A stretch of DNA of 64,000 nucleotides, taken from an uncultured virus (IMG/VR IMGVR_UViG_2061766007_001954). Its lineage: Duplodnaviria > Heunggongvirae > Uroviricota > Caudoviricetes. This document shows positions 61,364-64,000 of the stretch, piece by piece. Location: the IMG/VR virus record IMGVR_UViG_2061766007_001954; one strand, given 5' to 3'. Position 1 is the first letter of the stretch. Each line of letters begins with the position of its first letter. The notes under the pieces were generated by a model, which saw only the letters and a list, made by a program, of their open reading frames with translations, was not told where the DNA came from and did not search any database. Made by a program: the position numbers and the translations under genes.

Positions 61364-61782
61364 AGTTACTTAAAGACGGTAAGCTTGTTATCGCAAATAA
61401 TCTGCGTGGTCTTAGCATGCCGATCAACGGCATGTATGTTACATATGGTCCAGCTAAAGAAGCTGCTGCACCCGATGCTGATCTCAATTATTTCAATTCT
61501 ATTGGTCAGCAAGAAGGAAAAGGCTATGCCCGTATCGCTGTTACAAGTTCTGAACTTAAGGATGATGGCACTGTTATGTTTTCCGGCATGCTGACAAGTA
61601 ACGATTTGATTGGTGCGCCTGTTGCGGAAAACACTACACTGCTGACAGCTACTCTGGTACATATGAATGGTCATAATAAGACAGAGGACCTGTTTGTTTA
61701 TTCGGCTGTATTAAAGAATAACATAAAGATTGTTCCTGGTACCTATATCGTTGTAAACGTTGGTATCAAGATCGGAGATTGA
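61360..61782 (+). CDS. baseplate/tail-fibre attachment protein (putative)
   Basis: SD GAGG; GYARIAV motif. Confidence 0.4.
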   Translation: MKLLKDGKLVIANNLRGLSMPINGMYVTYGPAKEAAAPDADLNYFNSIGQQEGKGYARIAVTSSELKDDGTVMFSGMLTSNDLIGAPVAENTTLLTATLVHMNGHNKTEDLFVYSAVLKNNIKIVPGTYIVVNVGIKIGD

Positions 61783-61783
61783 G

Positions 61784-63760
61784 ATGTCTACAACGTATCA
61801 AATTTCTATGCTGCAGGATTCAAGCCCGGCAAGCACCGATGCAGCTGTTAAGACGATAGATACCAGCCTGACCGAGATTCAGAGCGCTCTGAACGATCTG
61901 TCTGGACGCGTTGATAATTTGAATACCAAGAGCGCCGTCATTCGGCAGCACGTTCCGTTGGCTGCAGGTGTGCTCATCGGTGATCTTGTCTATTATAATG
62001 CTAACCTGGATCAGGATCTTGAATCCAGACGTGGTGAGTATGCAAAAGCACAGGCACTTACGTTGTCTGAGACGACAACAGGCGGTCAGACCATAGAAGC
62101 TCCTTGTGCTCGTACAGAAGGTATGGTGATTGCCACAGACAGTGGCAGCAGTCCTCTTACCGGTACGCTGCTTGTTGGTGGCTATTGGGAGGATCAGGGT
62201 GCAGCTGACAACTGCCTCGGTTCCACAGCGAGTCCTGGTATTTATTATCTGAGTCCGACACTGGCTGGAAAAGCAACTCTGAATACTTATGGGCATCTTC
62301 GTCAGCCTGTTCTGTCCTATTATGGTAATGGCGCCTTCAGCCTGTCACTGTTCTATATGGCGCATGATAATCATTTTCACAGTTCGCAGGTCCTGCAGTC
62401 AGTGTGGGATGATGTGTCTGATGTTGTGATTGGCGGACAGACTGCTTATTATAAATATGGTGGAGATACAGCTCCAGGGCTTGGCGGTCTAGGTGATACG
62501 ACTGCTGTGTTCTACAACGGTGTTCTGCAGAATACGACTGGCAGCAATACGCTGTTTAAGATTTACAATGGCGAGCTGTATTATATGGATGGTACAGAGC
62601 CCACCGGTGTAGTGACTGTCTTCAATCATTATCCTTTCGCCTATGAGAGCGCTATTGTTAAGTCGGTCTATAGTACCAATGATGCGATAACTGTCAAAAA
62701 TACGAATGGACAGGTTGCGATTACTGGCAATGATTTTATTCAAGGTATTACTGCCAAAAGTTCCCAGGCAATCTACAGTGTCAACGGTAGAGAGCTTAAT
62801 TACACACCGGTGATTACTGATGTGGTTGCTGGCCCTGGTATTAATGTTAGAAAGTCGCTAGATGGCACTGCCGTTGTTGCGGCTTCTACGAATGTTGGCG
62901 GGCTTATGGATGCTTATAGCATTAACCACAACGGTACAACTCTTATCAGTGATGCCGGTAATCCTCCGCTTCAATATATCACATTCCCTGCAGGTCAGCG
63001 TGCATCCAATTTTGTTATGTATCTTCCTGTTCATGATATCGGTGATGCGGTTTGCAATGTTGCTGTGTGGGGAATTAAGCTTGGTACAGAGACTGCGACT
63101 TTGAATGTGTCTGCCAAGTTTATTCCAGATCCTACTGCAACGGCTCAGAGCTCTACAAGCGGCGAATCTAATACACGTTCCATGGTTATTTCTGGTGGCA
63201 GCAGCTCAACAGCTCTTACTTATGATGAGGTTGAGATCACTGGTTGCACAGTGCAGGGCAGCGGTATGTTGGTTGCTGTTGTAGGTTGTACGAACTCAGC
63301 CAATCAGGTACAGCTTCTTAGAACTGGTTTCAGACTCAGTGTTGCTGAAGCCTCCGATACAACAGATACTTCGGATATTATGAATGGTATTACACAGACA
63401 ATGACTGTTGCCACCGGCGAAACCATCCATGTCGGTGATGCAGTTATGATCAGTAATGGGCTGCTTCTGAAATGCACCAACTACAAGACCAGCCTCGCTG
63501 ATAACACCAATAAGTGCGTCGGTATTGCTATGGATGATGCAACTGAGGGCCAGCAGCTTACCTATATGATCACGGGTACTATGACATTTGCAGTTACCGC
63601 TGAGCCTGGTCAATCACTGTATATCCAGCCTAATGGGACCATAGGAGCTGTTGCAGACGTCGATGACTTCATGACAACTGCACGTTATCTGCAGAAGGTC
63701 GGCACAGCGCTTACTGGTAATAAGATCCAGGTGAATATCGAATCCGCTGTCAGAGGTTAA
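61784..63760 (+). CDS. tail fibre/baseplate appendage protein (putative)
   Basis: T/G/S-rich beta protein; two similar G..YY/LY.....G modules. Confidence 0.5.
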   Translation: MSTTYQISMLQDSSPASTDAAVKTIDTSLTEIQSALNDLSGRVDNLNTKSAVIRQHVPLAAGVLIGDLVYYNANLDQDLESRRGEYAKAQALTLSETTTGGQTIEAPCARTEGMVIATDSGSSPLTGTLLVGGYWEDQGAADNCLGSTASPGIYYLSPTLAGKATLNTYGHLRQPVLSYYGNGAFSLSLFYMAHDNHFHSSQVLQSVWDDVSDVVIGGQTAYYKYGGDTAPGLGGLGDTTAVFYNGVLQNTTGSNTLFKIYNGELYYMDGTEPTGVVTVFNHYPFAYESAIVKSVYSTNDAITVKNTNGQVAITGNDFIQGITAKSSQAIYSVNGRELNYTPVITDVVAGPGINVRKSLDGTAVVAASTNVGGLMDAYSINHNGTTLISDAGNPPLQYITFPAGQRASNFVMYLPVHDIGDAVCNVAVWGIKLGTETATLNVSAKFIPDPTATAQSSTSGESNTRSMVISGGSSSTALTYDEVEITGCTVQGSGMLVAVVGCTNSANQVQLLRTGFRLSVAEASDTTDTSDIMNGITQTMTVATGETIHVGDAVMISNGLLLKCTNYKTSLADNTNKCVGIAMDDATEGQQLTYMITGTMTFAVTAEPGQSLYIQPNGTIGAVADVDDFMTTARYLQKVGTALTGNKIQVNIESAVRG

Positions 63761-63763
63761 TAA

Positions 63764-64000
63764 ATGAGTGACTATAGCCTGACAAATACACTGGAATGGC
63801 TGAATGGCAATATGCACCGCAACTATCCGCTTCTGGATTCTGCGGTGCCTGTTGATGATACAGACGAACATACGTTGCCATCGTCTTTTCTTACTGACAT
63901 GCAGCTGGTAGTTCCTTATGTTGAGGGACTTGATTCCAGCAAGTTCTTTATCTCGTCTGTTGTTAGGCAGGTTAACTCCTGGCTGGTTACAATCGGCTAT
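63764..64000 (+). CDS. structural protein, 3'-truncated by the window edge (not in ORF track)
   Basis: MSDYSLTNTLEWLNGNMHRNYPLL..., open to the window end. Confidence 0.65.
   Translation, partial: MSDYSLTNTLEWLNGNMHRNYPLLDSAVPVDDTDEHTLPSSFLTDMQLVVPYVEGLDSSKFFISSVVRQVNSWLVTIGY

Noticed and set aside
1..64000. Stop-codon reassignment
   Set aside because: Long intact ORFs under code 11; TAA, TGA and TAG all end genes at sensible boundaries
1..64000. tRNA, rRNA, CRISPR array, integrase, terminase, PhuZ/chimallin
   Set aside because: None recognised by eye; a scan could still find divergent ones

Overview
A 64-kb, entirely plus-strand segment of a large contractile-tailed (myovirus-like) phage from a gapped assembly with 5 N-runs. 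(1) 1-8.2 kb: small accessory genes, including a paralogous beta-barrel/coiled-coil family, an HExxH protein, DUF488, tandem DUF2829/Tad2-like genes and a candidate sRNA. (2) 8.2-41.3 kb: a head module running from the portal through Gly-zipper membrane proteins, prohead protease, scaffolds and decoration protein to the major capsid protein. Embedded in it is a bacterial-type two-barrel RNA polymerase in three genes: beta-N; a beta/beta' fusion with four inteins and the GADFDGD site; and beta'-C. (3) 41.3-64 kb: neck, sheath, tube, a -1 frameshifted tail chaperone, tape measure and baseplate, with a sigma70-family gene inside the baseplate cluster. The best candidate for an undescribed system: head-module proteins, including the RNAP fusion, share K-x-A putative maturation sites, shared leaders and a shared membrane-hairpin tag on variable cargo (one a zincin). 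This suggests a protease-processed, capsid-packaged ejection/transcription package. All assignments come from motif recognition and synteny by eye; no searches were run.
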